A stretch of DNA of 62,711 nucleotides, the filler included, from Choristocarpus tenellus KU-1152 (lineage: Eukaryota; Protista; Phaeophyceae): assembly GCA_964200185.2 (NCBI GenBank). It is 12 parts of 12 records of this genome, joined end to end, with 100 filler letters (N's around TTAATTAATTAA, not from the genome) between each part and the next. Parts side by side here need not be neighbours in the genome. Positions count along the whole stretch, not along the records: positions 46,431 to 50,471 come from CAXNAD020016527.1; positions 50,572 to 53,468 come from CAXNAD020023815.1; positions 53,569 to 56,402 come from CAXNAD020024340.1; positions 56,503 to 59,621 come from CAXNAD020022191.1; positions 59,722 to 62,711 come from CAXNAD020023106.1; 7 more parts are not named here. One strand, given 5' to 3'. Under the pieces are notes generated by a model that did no database searches, had not been told where the DNA came from, and saw nothing but the letters and a program-made list of their open reading frames with translations. Shown here one piece after another: positions 46,891 through 61,226 of this stretch. Both the position numbers and the translations under genes were made by a program. Position 1 is the stretch's first letter. Each line of letters begins with the position of its first letter.

Positions 46891-49800
46891 TGTGTGTGTT
46901 TTAACACTAATGTATACACACTATTATATTATTATGACCTCTGACAGTTTAAGATGTGTTTGGGGAATAGGCAGTTTAATATTATATGAACCACTGGAAA
47001 AATAGCAGTTGTGGTAAATGTTTAAGATATATCTCTATAATCAATTTACTATTTGACTACAAGTTTTGCTACACCACTCCCTTCCTATCTTCCAACCTAA
47101 CTTATCCCTACACCACACATCAAGGACCTAGAGAAGCATCCCAACAATCTAATTTTCCTTGCCCATCAAAGGAATTCTTATAATTGCCACGTGGAATATA
47201 GATGTTCCAACTTACCTTTTAGTAGTCATGGGTACATTGTTACTAACTAAACGTTTTTGACATTATATTATTTACTGTACCTTGAAGGGGTAAGTAGGGT
47301 TTACCATTCCACCGACTTTCTTAACAGACTTAGCAGACATACTTCACTGATGTGGTTATGGTTCTATGTGAGTGTTGGTCAACCCAAAAAGTAGTGTTGC
47401 GTGTATTCCAAAATGTATTTTTTCAGTGTGAGTTGAACTTGTTTACATTAAACCAGTTAATACGTACGTAAAGATGAAATAACCCTGGGGGCAACCTATT
47501 CCTTTCACACTATATTCATATAGAATTTCATACTTCCTACAAATCAAGGAAAAAGTTGTGATTTAGGATCTCGGAATTCTGGAATATCTTAAAGTACATT
47601 GTAACAATAATACGATGTGATTGGGTTAGGTCGACAGTGGTCTCAACATTTAGTCCGATGATTTTTTATTCAACCAGCAATAAAGTATTATTTAAGTCAA
47701 TAATACATATTTATGTTATTTATATATAATTTATGTTAGGGTAAGTTTTCTTTATTGCACAATATTATATTTGTTTATTATTGATAGTATGTTTATTCGT
47801 ACCAAATTTGGTACGCACACTCCAATAATGTTGGGGTATGCACTGGCTTCCATCTAGCATCCAGGTCAAATCAAATATATGTGTCATAGAAACACCAGTA
47901 GCACTACTGGACTTACAGTGAGTGTCGAGATTGCAGCACCCACAGTATCTCGTTGTTGGAGCGTTCTCTTGGGACATAAGCTGATCTAGCTCAGATTTTC
48001 CTTTGACCCTCATCACTCTAAATAGAGACACCTTCTCCTGTGTTACAGGAGGCCACCTTAGCGTTGAAATTGTGAGTATCGTTTGTGTAGATAGCTCTCA
48101 GAACTTTGTGGCATCTCTGATGCTGTTGTTGAATGGTATTGACCTTGTTGATTTGCCGTGCCTCACATGTTAGTTTTCTTGGGGAACCAGGCGGATCATT
48201 GAACGCGAGGTATGGGAATGAAAGCTCTGTGTTAGGTAACAATTTTCTGGTCAACCCGCTCAGCATGTGGCCACTGTCTTTTGAGTGACTCTTGGAACTC
48301 GCTGGCTTGATGTAGAGAGATACTACACTTCTAGTTAGCAATTTGAGGATTCTCTATGCAGTGGATAAAGTATGGCCTACTCTAATTTCCCTGCAGTTGC
48401 TCAAATGAATTACAATCTCACCGTACAATGCAAGGTCAACAAGTAATATGCGACTGCGATTGCATGATTATTAATGGAGATAAGAAAGGACCTCTCATTC
48501 CATATCCTTGCCTCTATCTGAGTTGCAGCCTTGATGTTCTTGCACGTACCAACTTACTTGCAACCCGTCCTGAAACTTGTCTCACCCCTTGATCATGGCC
48601 ACTTAAGGTGCGCAAAAATTGAATTAATACATTCTACATCACCAGGAGATGACAGATACGCTTGGGCAAATGGGCCCGTGGCATCGTGATGATCCAACGG
48701 CAGTTTTCAGCGAAAATAATGGCTTGTCAATGGTCTTTAGCGATGTGAATGGCCTTTGTTGTGCAGGTGATGCAAGCAAACAAGCAAGAACCCCCCTCCC
48801 TCTCACAGCTTAGGCTGGCTGTATATTTCTAGAGCCAATCCCCTTCTTATTATAAGGCGTATTATACACCCCAGATTGTCATCGTGCTTGCTTAGTGACA
48901 TTATGTACCACACAGATATTATATCAACGCTCAAACACGTAAGTCTAAATTCTTCCTCCATACCATTTTCGGTTCAACAGCACGACCTAGCCGCAAGGCC
49001 GATTCTGCTGGCTCTTTCCGCTCCATCATTACCAAAGCTGCTACTATTTTACCTGGAGGTGCCCCCCCAACTGTACTAATTGATTCTGATTCAAGGTGGG
49101 TCATACACCAGAAAAACTGCCTTGTGTGCGAGCTTTCGTCTGTCTCTGAGAGGCTCCTTCGGATTGCAAATCGGCTGAGTTTGTAACGTCGAAAATAATG
49201 ATTTGGAGATTGTTGAATTCGTTAGGGTCATGTCGCACTACTGTATGCAGTGATGTCTATTGGTCTCCATGTCGACTGCTGGTTGGAAATCAGTATGTTA
49301 TTCTCCAGTTATCATTTAGCTCATTTTCAAGAATGGGCCGCAGTCGTGTAGAAAGAAAGGAGAGTATCCGTGTAAAAGCATGTTATCATCAATGAGTACT
49401 AATTTATCCTTTGTTTCGAAGGGTGCACATGTGGCTTTATTCTCAATCATAATTTTGGATATTCAACTTCTTGATCTTTGCCTTCCAATATTGGATATGG
49501 CACAATGGAGATCCAACAATTAGTGTTTATTCAGTTTTCCTAGTTGAAGTAGTATCATCTTCATGCCTATGCTCTGGAATAGAGTTCCTTCTTGTGATTT
49601 TGATTCAATGGTGATTTCTCTTTCATTGCGTCTTGCTTGTGAAATAGAACTGGGAGTCAAAGCTTTCGGTCAATTCATCCTGTCCAGGAAGTTCAATACA
49701 CATTTCATGTGTTCGGGTACATGTGGTCAGCCCATGCCCTGGCCATCTTGAAACAGTTGATGGCCATGGATGATCCCTGTTTGTAGAACACACTGGTACT

Positions 49801-52800
49801 GAGCTGGCCTTCCTACCCTCCGTTCATGTCAAAATAGTTGATGTTCATAGATCTATGAGTATTTCATCTTGACTGGGCCTGATCAAAACATGTGCCAAAT
49901 TATCTCATACATATGTGTCGGATTTGATGAGTTTTTTCATATCCCCTAAGGCATTTTCTTTCTTTTCAGTGTGATAGAATTGATTGGGGACAGAATGGGT
50001 CAGCTTTGTACAGTGTTATCACTTTATTGCAGCCTGGCGCATGGCCTGGTTGGGATACATCCCTGATCCAGACATGTCATTGCCAGAAAATATTGGATAT
50101 GTTTCTGGCTTGTGAACCAGTCCCTTTTCTTTTTTTTTCCAGCCTGATGAAAATTCCCTGGAAAGTTGTTTTTTTAAATATTTTTTTGTATGCAAATATT
50201 TTTCCGTAATATGCCTATTGGAGGGGGATGAAGTTTGCAATATCAAACAGAGGTCAACCGATCAAGGGCCAACGCAAAGCATGTGTATGGATGAACTTTT
50301 TCCAGCTGACCAGGCTCTTTCTGAATGTTTTTATATGTGTCTCAGCACAACCTTTTTTTCTGAGTTTTTGATGTGGGGGATTGAGTTTTTTTTTTTTTGT
50401 CCTTGGAGTTGTTGGTATGGTGTAATGGCTCAACCTTTGTTTTTTTTTTAGGTTAGTTCTGGGTTTTGTGANNNNNNNNNNNNNNNNNNNNNNNNNNNNN
50501 NNNNNNNNNNNNNNNTTAATTAATTAANNNNNNNNNNNNNNNNNNNNNNNNNNNNNNNNNNNNNNNNNNNNGTAGGCAGCCCTTCTCGCGTCATTCTTGT
50601 GAGGGCTTTATTAAGGGCCCCCCTTCGACAGAAGCTAGGCCTCTGTCAAGATTGATTGACCTGTTCCTCCTCCTCCTGAGGTTTTGTTGCTGTAGCTTGT
50701 GACTCTTGTCCTATTTTTTGTCCTCTAGCACCAGGATCCGGTGTCGTTTCGGGTTGGCCCCCTCTCTTCTGCGTATTACTTCCCTCCTAACTTTCTCAGG
50801 CTCAGAAAGTCGAGGGAGGAGGGGGGGGGATTTGCAGGGTTGATCACAACATGATTGGACAAGCACTTCATTCTAGCGACTAGTGCTTTATATTTCCTAC
50901 GCCAAAGTACTCAGTAAGGTTTCTGTGCTCTCTCTGACTTGGCTCCGGCCAGGTTCCTTTTTGTTTGCTTCCATGCCTTAAAATAGTATTTTACCACGAT
51001 TTTTTTTTAAAGTACTCGTGGGCACTGATTGACTTTAACTTGCTTCTGTTTCATCTTCCTGCCTATGAAGAGGGGTTTGCGGTGGTATTTACGTTAACAC
51101 TCAAAGAGGAATGTCACACTCGCCACAACAGTGGGGTTTGTAGCGTATGAATTTCACCGTACTAGAAGGGAGTACTTTGCGTGTTTTTTTGAGCAATTTG
51201 AATTTTAAAGTTTTGTTGAGGGGTGGGGAATAATATAGGGGATGGAGAGGAGTGTTGTTGTAGTAGAAATGGAAGTGTGTTTTGTCCGTGGCATCACAGG
51301 TATAACTGGTGCTTCATACATGGTGTATATGAAGATTCTAGCTTGAGGAAGCTGTAGCCTGCGAATCATGCCCTCATTGGTGTTTGTCATCTAACTGATC
51401 ATCCTCAAGGAGCTGGCAGGGATAGCTGGATCTATCGAAACATTGCATGCATGGGTGGAGACTGGGAGCAATTTCATATCATCATTGAAGAAGAAATTTA
51501 TTGGAAAATGAGGCAGAATCGTTAATAGAGGAGTCACTTCAGGGATTCTGAACACATTAAGAGTTAAATAAGAAAAAAAATGTTGTTTTGTTTTTGTTTT
51601 GTAGACAGTACGCCCCCATACTTCCTCCTCCCAGGCTGGCGCCGTGCGGGCGTAAGAGATGCCCTCAGGCACAACCCTCATCGTACCTGTAGGGCCTATG
51701 CACATGCACCCCTTCAGAGTGTGTTATTTTTTGTGTGATGCGATTGGACGTTTTAGTCACCGCTGCTTGAGGTATTAAACTATTAATTCTAGTATAGGTA
51801 GTTGTTGGGTGGATGATGTGTGAATGACAGGATGCTACTACTGCACGAACAATTTTTGCGTGGGTGAGGTATAGAACAAGCAGTTGCTGCTATTGGCAAT
51901 CGTTTCTACTGATCTTTCTTGCTTATGGCATGTGGTATTATTACTTTGATGTCTTAGTAGAGCAAATAATGAGACACCACATACATGGAGGAACCGCCCG
52001 TACTGAGGATTTTTATGTCCTGTATTTAGAATATGAATGGTACAAACATGTAAAAAATATATACAAAATACTCGAGTACATAAAATTATTTCGGATACCT
52101 TTGAAGTAGAATACTATCAATACAAGAAAAAGACTCTTCTTCTAGTCCGTTGATGTGCAACAACATACTTCAAAACATTAAATGTAGCATGGTGCTTGCC
52201 CACATACATCCATGGAACGGATTCTCCTAAATCCTACCTGTCGAAGTCACATTCTACAATCATATTTCTCGTACCGTCCTGCATCCATCTCATCTCTCTA
52301 TGAGAAACACCTGGTTGTGCCTTTTCTGTGTGAGGGGATTACACCAGCACACTGACTTCTATCCAACAAGTCCGACTATACACCCTACAATTTCAATCCG
52401 CACAATCTGTGGTGAACAACATGTGGCCGGCCGATTCTAGGAATCTCTCGTCCTCCCTCAGTTGTGGAGTTATACAGTAGTCAATGCGCAATGGTACTGG
52501 TTGAGCATCAGACGGTTTCACCCAGATCATTATACATTTCGTGGGTCATGATGGATTCGGCATAGACCAACTCTGGACGGACTTTGAGGTCAAACATCCT
52601 GAGCTTGTCGCCGTTGCCCCGGAAACCTTGGAGTAGAGCACGAAGTGCGTTGAACCTGTTAATTTTGTGATTCTCGTCGTGTTGGTCTGAAACAGTGTCC
52701 CATAGCTGGGACAATATGTTGAGATGAACGCCAATCAAAGCCACAAGAATCCCCCCTCCCCAGACTGTCCTTTCCCATGCAAGCTTGTGCTATACAACAG

Positions 52801-53704
52801 TGAACAGGCAGTGACAGTGATGATCTGCAGTCAACTTGTTATTTTCACTACAGATTGGGAGTCATGTGGTTGCTATTCTGTTGGGTCTGCCATGATCACA
52901 AACATCCCCTCAGATGTCCACTTCCCAAAAACAAAGCGAAAATTTTCCTCAAAACAGTTTCCGGTTATTCTTGATATGAATACACGGTCTACAAATCGTG
53001 TTCTGTTCCATCGAGCTTTTTGCTCCAGGTTTCACAAAGAATTTAATTTTGAATCCTAAGGAAGGTGTGCATTGAAGTGATAGTAAGTACTCTGAAGTAG
53101 GCGACTACAGCTAATATCTCCTTCAAAGATGTGCCACCAAAGCTTGCAAAATGTGGTCGCCAGATTATATTCCCTAGTCATGCACCATCCGAGTTAAAGC
53201 CGTAACCATCAGCGGCCTTCTTGTTGCAAGCCTAGAGGAACAGAGACAGAGCAGAAGAAGTGAATGCTGGGATTGAGTGTAAGTGGACCTCGAACAAAAC
53301 ATTTCTCGGGCGACAAGCAATACAACAAACAACTTCCTCTCGGATCATAATACATGCTGATTGATTCGTGAGCATGTTGCAGGCAAGAGATACTACATCG
53401 TTGTCCTCACCCAGCTGAAACCTCTAGAGATCTACTCTTGGAGATGGCTCAAAGTATCTGTGGGGGGGNNNNNNNNNNNNNNNNNNNNNNNNNNNNNNNN
53501 NNNNNNNNNNNNTTAATTAATTAANNNNNNNNNNNNNNNNNNNNNNNNNNNNNNNNNNNNNNNNNNNNCCACACCCCACCCCCCCCCCCCCACCCCCCAC
53601 CCCCCACCCCCCTTCCTTTAGTGTTTTTAGGTTACCGCCTGTGTTCTTACTTGTGCTGCTCTTCCCTCCTGAATCAACTCCCCATCTGCCCTTCCTCATG
53701 GCAG

Positions 53705-54867
53705 GTGGACCATTCCACTGCCAAGCTAGATTTGAGACCAACTCCATCTGCCCCCCCTTCGAAAATACCACCAACAAGGGTCACCCCTCCTTCCTCATCC
53801 AAACAGTCCAGTCATGGCCTTAGCACCTCGAGGGACTGTGTTGTCACCTTTTCAAAAACCAACCCCTCCACACAACCAGAGAACTCTGATGAAGGAGAGA
53901 GTTGCTCAAGAGGAAGAGGTGATGCTGGTGAGAATGCCTCCACCGACAACAGTGATGATGGCAGTGACAGCAACAGCGATGATTTTGAGTTTGCCTTTGA
54001 CACACCATCCAGTGTAACTGCCTTCACCAGCAGCAAGCCTCGGCCCGGGGTGGGGGGGAGGATAGGAATACTGGGGACAATAGGGAGCAGAGGTGGTTCG
54101 AAAGGATGTGATACAGTGGGTGGAATGGCTGCAGCAGTTCAAGGTGATGAAGGAAATGGTTATATTAACAGGTTAGATGGATCCTTGGTGGGGGAGAGTG
54201 GTGCAAGTGGCTATGGGGCCTGCTCTGAGGCACCAGTGTTGGATGTCACTAACAGCTGGGACGGTAGGGGCCATATCCTTGGGAGGGAGGGGGAGGGAGG
54301 GGAGGAAGGAGCACTGTCTAGGAAAAGGCGTTGCAAGCGCCAACGAGCCGATAGCGGTGCTCTCTTTGATTGTGGAGATGGAGTAGAGAGTGGAAAGGAC
54401 CAACTGGGTGTTGATGCACACACAGCAGGGTTAGTGGGGGTGGAAATGAAAGAGTGCAGAAGTACAATCGGTGGTCACAGGTCTGGTCGCTTGAGGTCAA
54501 GAAAAGAAACGAAAGTTGGTAGAGAATTAGATGGCATTGTCCTTGGGGCTAGGGGTGGGGTTAGGGATATGGATAGTGAGAGTGAGAGTGGGAAGGAAGG
54601 CGAGGATAACAGCGATGATGGCAGTTACGGGGAGCAACTTCCAGAGGAGGGGCACACCCAGGAAGATGAAGAGGACGGCAGTGATGTTCCTGAGTGGCAC
54701 GAGCTGCTGATGTCAGACATTGAAGAGGAAGGGAGCGTAGATGGTTGGAGCAGTAGTGGGGGTGGGAGTGGGAGCGAGGTCAATGAGAGTGACTGCAGCA
54801 GCGAGAAAAGAGGTCAAGGCGGGGGGGAGTCTCAAGGAGAGGAACAGGAGCAGGATGAGAAGAACTG
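53705..54867 (+). CDS. RECQL4: Acidic, disordered N-terminal exon of RecQ4-like helicase
   Basis: About 388 open codons. The TG|GTATGT donor splices in phase to 55413. The 5' acceptor could alternatively be at 53630. Confidence 0.7.
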
Positions 54868-55412
54868 GTATGTGCTCTAGTTTGTAGGGACCGTGTGTTG
54901 TGTTGGTGGTATAGTTGAGGTCTTTCGAGGACAATCACTTTTTGTGTGATGCACGGGGTGGGGTTGCATTTGTTTTAGCTCCAATGTGTTGTATTGGCTT
55001 AGGCTCTTGTATTTTGTAGTGATGGTGTGCGTGGTTTAAGACCACTCTGTTGTGTAGCCTTTTAGGTGTTTATAGAAGGGGGGCTGACCGTGTTCGAGTG
55101 TGGGTGACTGAGGGAGGAGGTGGAGTTGCAGGGGGAGGGGGAAGATCAACTTGTAGTACATGTAGTTACACTGGCCCTTCTCTACCTCTCCTTTGTTGAG
55201 TGCCCATTTTAAAGATTTAGGAGTTTCCTATGTTTGCCAATTTTTCCTAAGTGACACTATTCCTTCCACCCCAATCTCCCCCTAACATAACTAACCCTAA
55301 CCCTAACCCTAACCTCAATTCCACTGTTAAACTCAAGCATAGTTTATATCCCTCTTTGCACCCTAACCCTTCCTACCCTCATTCCCGCTGGCCCCCACAA
55401 CTACGAAATAAG

Positions 55413-55881
55413 GCTGGGTTTGACAAAGAGACGAAGGCTTTCCTCGCCTTCCTTCCTTCGATCCAGAAGCAGAAGGATGACCAGGAGATCTCAAGGGCTG
55501 CATCAGCAAGAGTCAAAGGGTTCAAAGGGTTCAACTAGTGTCAAGTGCAACCAATACAGGAATAAAAATAATACAAAAACAGGAGGTGTTGTTACTGTCG
55601 GCGGTGGTAACAGGAGGAGAGCGGAGGAAGAGGATGACCGCGAAGAGGAACAAAGTTCAGACTATGGGGAGTTGGTAGAGGAGGAGGAAGGCGGGGAAGG
55701 TGATGCCCTCACCCCACTAGGCGCCCTGCGCCACGTGTTTGGACACAAGAGTTTCAGGGAGGGGCAGGAGTGGGTAATACAGCGAGCACTTTCGGGGTTC
55801 CCGAGCCTCCTGGTGTTAGCCACAGGATCAGGGAAGAGCTTGGGTTACCAGTTGCCGGCATTGCTGCTTCCAGGGATAACA
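55413..55881 (+). CDS. RECQL4: RecQ-family DNA helicase, motifs 0 and I (RecQ4-like)
   Basis: LRHVFGHKSFREGQEWVIQRALSGFPSLLVLATGSGKSLGYQLPALLLPGIT. ACA|GTGAGT donor. The subfamily is inferred. Confidence 0.85.
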
Positions 55882-56502
55882 GTGAGTGGGCCAACCCGAG
55901 TTTCCCTTTTGAAAGAAGGGGTTGAGAGGGGGGAGACAAGAGGGTATCAGTGTGTTGTTATGGGTGTGGTGGTTCTTTTTAGGGAATGTTTCGGGAATTT
56001 TCTCGGAAAATATTTTTTTCTAGAGCAGCAGAGCAGCAGAAAGCTTAGTTTTCATACTTGTTTGAATTCTACTTTCAGTGTACTGTTATGCAACACAAGA
56101 AGTGTTTCTTGATAGTCACACATGCCACACAAAAGGGAAACCCCGCTGGGGTGTGGTGTTCTGATTGGTTGACATCCTAACTCCTATTCATATCGACACC
56201 CATGGTCGTTCTTGGATAGTACTGCAGCTGGCGTGTGCATTCTGCGATCCGGCACAGCTTTACTTACAAACGCACAAGTTAATGCCTTCCTATACTACAA
56301 AAGTCTCTCTCTACAGGCATTAAATTGTGGACGGGGGGGGGGGGGGGGGGGGAGATCGTTGCGGCCCAGGGAATTTTTTAAAAAAGTATTAAAAAAACCT
56401 AANNNNNNNNNNNNNNNNNNNNNNNNNNNNNNNNNNNNNNNNNNNNTTAATTAATTAANNNNNNNNNNNNNNNNNNNNNNNNNNNNNNNNNNNNNNNNNN
56501 NN

Positions 56503-57900
56503 TGTGATCCTGGCGTCATGGACACCTAAGATATGTACCTCTGGGGCAGGTGCAGGGGATGTTGTTCCCCCCCAGATTACCCAGTCTTGGTCAATGATTT
56601 CGGCAGGGTCTTCTGGGGGGACACCTGTGGCTAGGAGGGAGTGAATGGATGCTCCTAGGGCCTGAATGGTGGGGCTAGGGCGCATCCCGTCAGGGCCTGG
56701 TGTCGAGTTGCTGTTAGCCCTCATGAAGGCTGTTCGAAGGGAGGTGGGGGTGTACTCTCCTTCAGGGGGGCAGTACCTTTATTCCCCAGATCTTGCATTC
56801 CCTTGCACTGTCTTTTGCGTCTGTGATGGCCTGCCTAAGCTCGTCTTGATTCTCACTCGGGTATTTAGGGACCAGTACATTGGAAATTTCCTCCGTCCAT
56901 GGGGCTCTGGGTTGTGCTAGGATCACTCTTGCCCCCTTGGAAACTAGTCCATGGTGGTGACCCAGAGTTGCAGCGCGTTCCTGGCAGAATTTGGGGTCCT
57001 CTCCAGGGGTCTCCCTACGTCTGCTGGTCCTCTTGGACCATTCTAGTAGCCATGTGACTAGCTCTTAGATGTTCCCTGAAGCCACCCGAGCAAACTTTCC
57101 TCCCTTTAGAACTTTCCATCATTTGCCAGTAAGAGGACAGAAATCCTGTGGAAGAGTTTGGATGCTCTGATGACCCCTATTGTTGGTGTCCCCCCCTTCA
57201 GCCTTGGGGCTGTTACCTGATGTATCAGGAGATTCACTGTGTGCATGAGGACAATTGCGTGGGCGGTGCGAAGCCTGCCTGGAGCCTACTTTACCATGGT
57301 ATGTTTACCCCCTTCAGGGTCTCCATCTGGACTTGGTCAAGGGCAGAAGCTACACTTGGAGTATGGACCCCCCAAGATAGACGTGCATGTGGTGGTCGGT
57401 GGCCTAGATTTTCTGTGGAGGGGGGGGGGTAGTAGGGGCAGGTGGTGGTGGTGATGGTGGTGGTGACTGGGGTGGAGGTGGGGTGAGATGGGTTAGAATG
57501 GAGGAAGAGGTGAGGTGGGTTGGGGTGTGGGGGTAGGGGGTGCTCCAACCTGTGGAGTGGGGTGGGTGGAATGTGAGTTTTGGCCTGGAATATTGTGTGG
57601 AGAAAAGAGGTCGATTTGGGACGCTGTGGCATTATTCAGACGGGTTGTGAGCCCACCAGGTGGGTGTCTTTGACTGGTTAGGGTGGTGTAGGTGCGATTG
57701 AAACGCGTGGGAACGGGTAGGTGTGTTCCACAGTAGGGGCATGTGAGAGGGTGGTTGGCATCTTCGCAGAGGCTAACCATGCAGTTGAGGTGGAACGAGC
57801 GCGGGTTGGGGTCCCTGTTGGGGTCCCTGGTAGGGGAGGCTGCCCGTCGAAGCCCAGTAATATCTCTCCCTGCGACCATTGTCGTGTGCCTCTACCACAT
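56503..57900 (-). mobile_element. Decayed LINE-like element
   Basis: TPGPDG pre-RT motif (about 56690) and an upstream Cys/His segment (HLNC...TCPYCGT). Many stops. Confidence 0.5.
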
Positions 57901-59418
57901 CTCTATCCCCATCACCTTGTGCACTCGTTCGGTTTTCCGTCCGGGCTTCGCCATCCTGCAGAGACGAGACCTATCAACCTATTCCCGAAGAGGAGTGGTA
58001 TGCTGTGCTTGTGTTTCCCCCCTCGCTCGTGCCTATGTCGTGGGCCGCCATCCTCATCCTTGATCACCTCCACCTCGTCCCCATGTGAGCCCATTCTGTT
58101 TCTCCGTCCATCCATCTCCATTCTGCGAGATCGAAATCTGTGCGTCTATTTCTGGAGTTGGGTTAAACCCTCCACTTATACTAGTTCCTTGCCCCTGCCT
58201 GCCTCGTGTACCGCTGTCACCTTCCTCCACCTCTATAACTTCATCCCCTCCTAATTATATAACATACCTTGCCCATTCGTAGTTCTACCCTCCCACCACA
58301 TCAATCTGAAACATAGTCGGAACATATGTATGTTGATGGTATAACTTACAACATCACACCGACAGACCAATCCCCCCATATATATTATTATTATGCTCTC
58401 TATCGTTTTGTAGATTTGTCAAGGGAAGAACCAAAGAAAACAATTTAATGTCAGAATAACATACCTCATTGGTGGGAAACTCCGATGTGACCTCAAAATC
58501 GGCGGGCCTCGATTCTTTGGGTAACATTTACTCCCCTTGCATGTTAATGAGAGGTAGAGTAGTATGATCAACAGACAGACGGGCAGACATCGTTTTCTGT
58601 TTTTTAATATTCGTTGGACACTACACAGTATGTATGTGTCAGCAATGTTAGCAGCTGTACTGTCGTCAGAATGAGTTACAAAATTACGTGTCCACTGAAA
58701 TTTTCCTGGTGTCATCAGTGGGAAGAAGGGGCAAGCAATAGATCACAGAGTGTGTTAACAAATTACAACAGTATCTCCCTATACAACATGTTACATGTTT
58801 GCTACAGTATTTTTTTCATTTGTAACCCTGTAATAACAAGAAACAGATGGATATAGCTATTTTTATCATTATGAATACAGCTATCATTAGTAATTTTAGA
58901 CTACTATTGCTATTAATCTTATCTCTCCTACAAAAAAGGTCTGTGGATGGACACTGATGCTTTGGCTGAAATCCACTCTTGAGTTAGTATTATACCAACT
59001 TCTCAGACAAGAACATGCACTACAAGCTTGCCTGCCAGTCTGTGCAGCAGGATCGTTAAAAAAAACATTGGGCAAGTTTGACGAAGCCTGGAAAAGCTGA
59101 TGCCCTTTCCTGTCAGCACTTCGTCTGGACATTAAAACCTCCACTCTCCTTATTCACTGTAAGGCTTTGTCACGGTTTGGAAGGCTTCAGCCTCCGTACG
59201 TGCCAGCTGCTGCATATGGCCCCCCATCGTCTGTATCTGAAAGAAGGCCCAAATGGGAGCCCTCGACCCATTGGATTTTATTGTTGATCAGTTTTTGACA
59301 TGTCATGTTACGTGTGTGCTGTTCTTTCTTCCACTGATGGCGTATGAGCTGGACTTTGGGCTCTGATTCCTTTATCTCAGTGTCACCTTCCCCCCCCTGA
59401 GTTTCTTCCTCTTCGAAT

Positions 59419-59621
59419 GAAAGTATCTTAGAGGGTACGAGTTTTTCCCTGTTTGTCCATTTGGGGCTTGGCTTCCCACGGGTTTTGAATAACGTACTAC
59501 CTACTCCAAATTTTTTCGAAGGAAGTAAATCTATACGTTATGAAAAGGTGCGCCCGGAACAAGGATATTGACATCTCCTAACAAACATGGTAGCCAAAAT
59601 TTCATAAAAACTTCAACATTG
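59419..59621 (+). mobile_element. MITE family B copy truncated by contig end
   Basis: GAAAGTATCTTAGAGGGTACGAGTTTTTCCCTGTTTGTCCATTTGG, colinear with the 41089 copy. Confidence 0.9.
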
Positions 59622-61226
59622 NNNNNNNNNNNNNNNNNNNNNNNNNNNNNNNNNNNNNNNNNNNNTTAATTAATTAANNNNNNNNNNNNNNNNNNNNNNN
59701 NNNNNNNNNNNNNNNNNNNNNGGTCGGGGGCGGTGCAATACAGTGGGGGGGGGGGGGGGGGCAGAGTAGGCGGGGGCGGTGGCGTTTGACGGCAGTATGC
59801 ACTTGAACATCATTGGAAGGCGGAGGGGACAGATGAGGCCTAGCGCCCGTCGCAAACCCGAATGCGACCTGAGCATGTGCGGGATAAGAAAGTTTTATTG
59901 GAACACTGTATCGAGCGCCTCTAGTGATAGTAACAACGGTATGATGACAAGAATGATTAATGAAGGAAGAGTACACAGCATCGACGGCGTGGGAGGCGTA
60001 CACACAGCAGGAGCACTACACACACACAAACACAAACACACACACAGTGCAGCAGCACAAGAACAAAATAAAAACTTTGAATAATAATAATAATAAATTC
60101 AACAATAGCGCAAAATACAGATAAAACAAAAAAAAGCACTGGGTTAGTGGGTGAGCCAGTTACAATATACGTTCAAGTACATACAGTACAATATTTTTCC
60201 ATCCCATTAAAAATTATAAATGTGTGTGTGTGTGTGTGTATGTGTGCCACGTGGGACAATTGTCATTTAAAAATAAATAAATAGAGAAATATGGTCAGAC
60301 TGAGCCTTGCTTGTACAGGAGGTGTAACCTTCTTTTCATTTTATTTTTTGGAATAGTTACTGTGATAGTTTTGTGGTGGTTTTGCTGCCCTCTTGTCCCA
60401 TGCTGCATCGTGTCAACGCAGTGGAATGTTGGACGTCGCAGCCCGTGGTTACTCTGTATGTATTACCTCACCCTATCAACAACAAATCATTAACAGCCGG
60501 AACACTAATCCTGACTCTTTAAGTTCCCACCACACCTACGATACTTCAATACCACACAACTACCTTTTGGAGGGTGACAAAACACCAGCAGTGAGTGGTG
60601 GCACTCACACGCCCTAGAGCGTGCCCTGGGTCTGGCCCCAAGGTGGCAAATAGAGGGCACATGGAGCACACAAGGTGATGAAAACCACTCCCGAGTAATA
60701 GACAGCATCAACACACCCACACCCACACCCACACTCACGTATACGGCAGTTCATCAGAGCTGCAACAACGCTCAAGTAACGCTCTGACCCTGCAAGGCGT
60801 TGGTCAACGTATTCCCCCCCCCCCCCCCCCCCCCCCACCCCCCCCCCCCCCCACCCCAACCCCCCCCCCCCCCCCCCCAACCCCCCCCNNNNNNNNNNAG
60901 TACCACCACCCCCCCAAAAACCTCTCCCCCCCCCAGGGGGGTTTTACCACCCTCCCCCCCCCCCCCCCCCCCTCCCCAACAAGAACAAAAACATGGTTCT
61001 TCCGCCAGTTCAACGCGTTCTACACTTCGGAGCGCAAAATTACGTACTGTACCTTAATTCGTCCCTCCAACTACACCACGAGAAGACACGGGGTGTACCA
61101 CTTACCGCACCTCGGTTCAACTTTCAGGGTTAGGGTTGCAGTGCGCCGTACCTCAACTTCGTTAGGGTTAGGGTTAACATCAGAGCAAGCTGAACCTCGG
61201 TTCGTCCCTAGAGTGTGCCGCTGCAC

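Noticed and set aside
49500-50450. Possible decayed DNA transposase (weak LALD, LQ.DN and FDQ-like fragments on the minus strand)
   Set aside because: Motifs are too short and interrupted to support without a profile search.
51391-52744. Short ORFs 51391-51705 and 52508-52744 as genes
   Set aside because: No recognisable domain or consistent splice chain.
55290-55315. True telomere
   Set aside because: Only 3-4 repeats, internal to an intron.
60800-61057. Proline-rich or glycine-rich ORFs
   Set aside because: They derive from low-quality poly-C/G runs flanking a gap.
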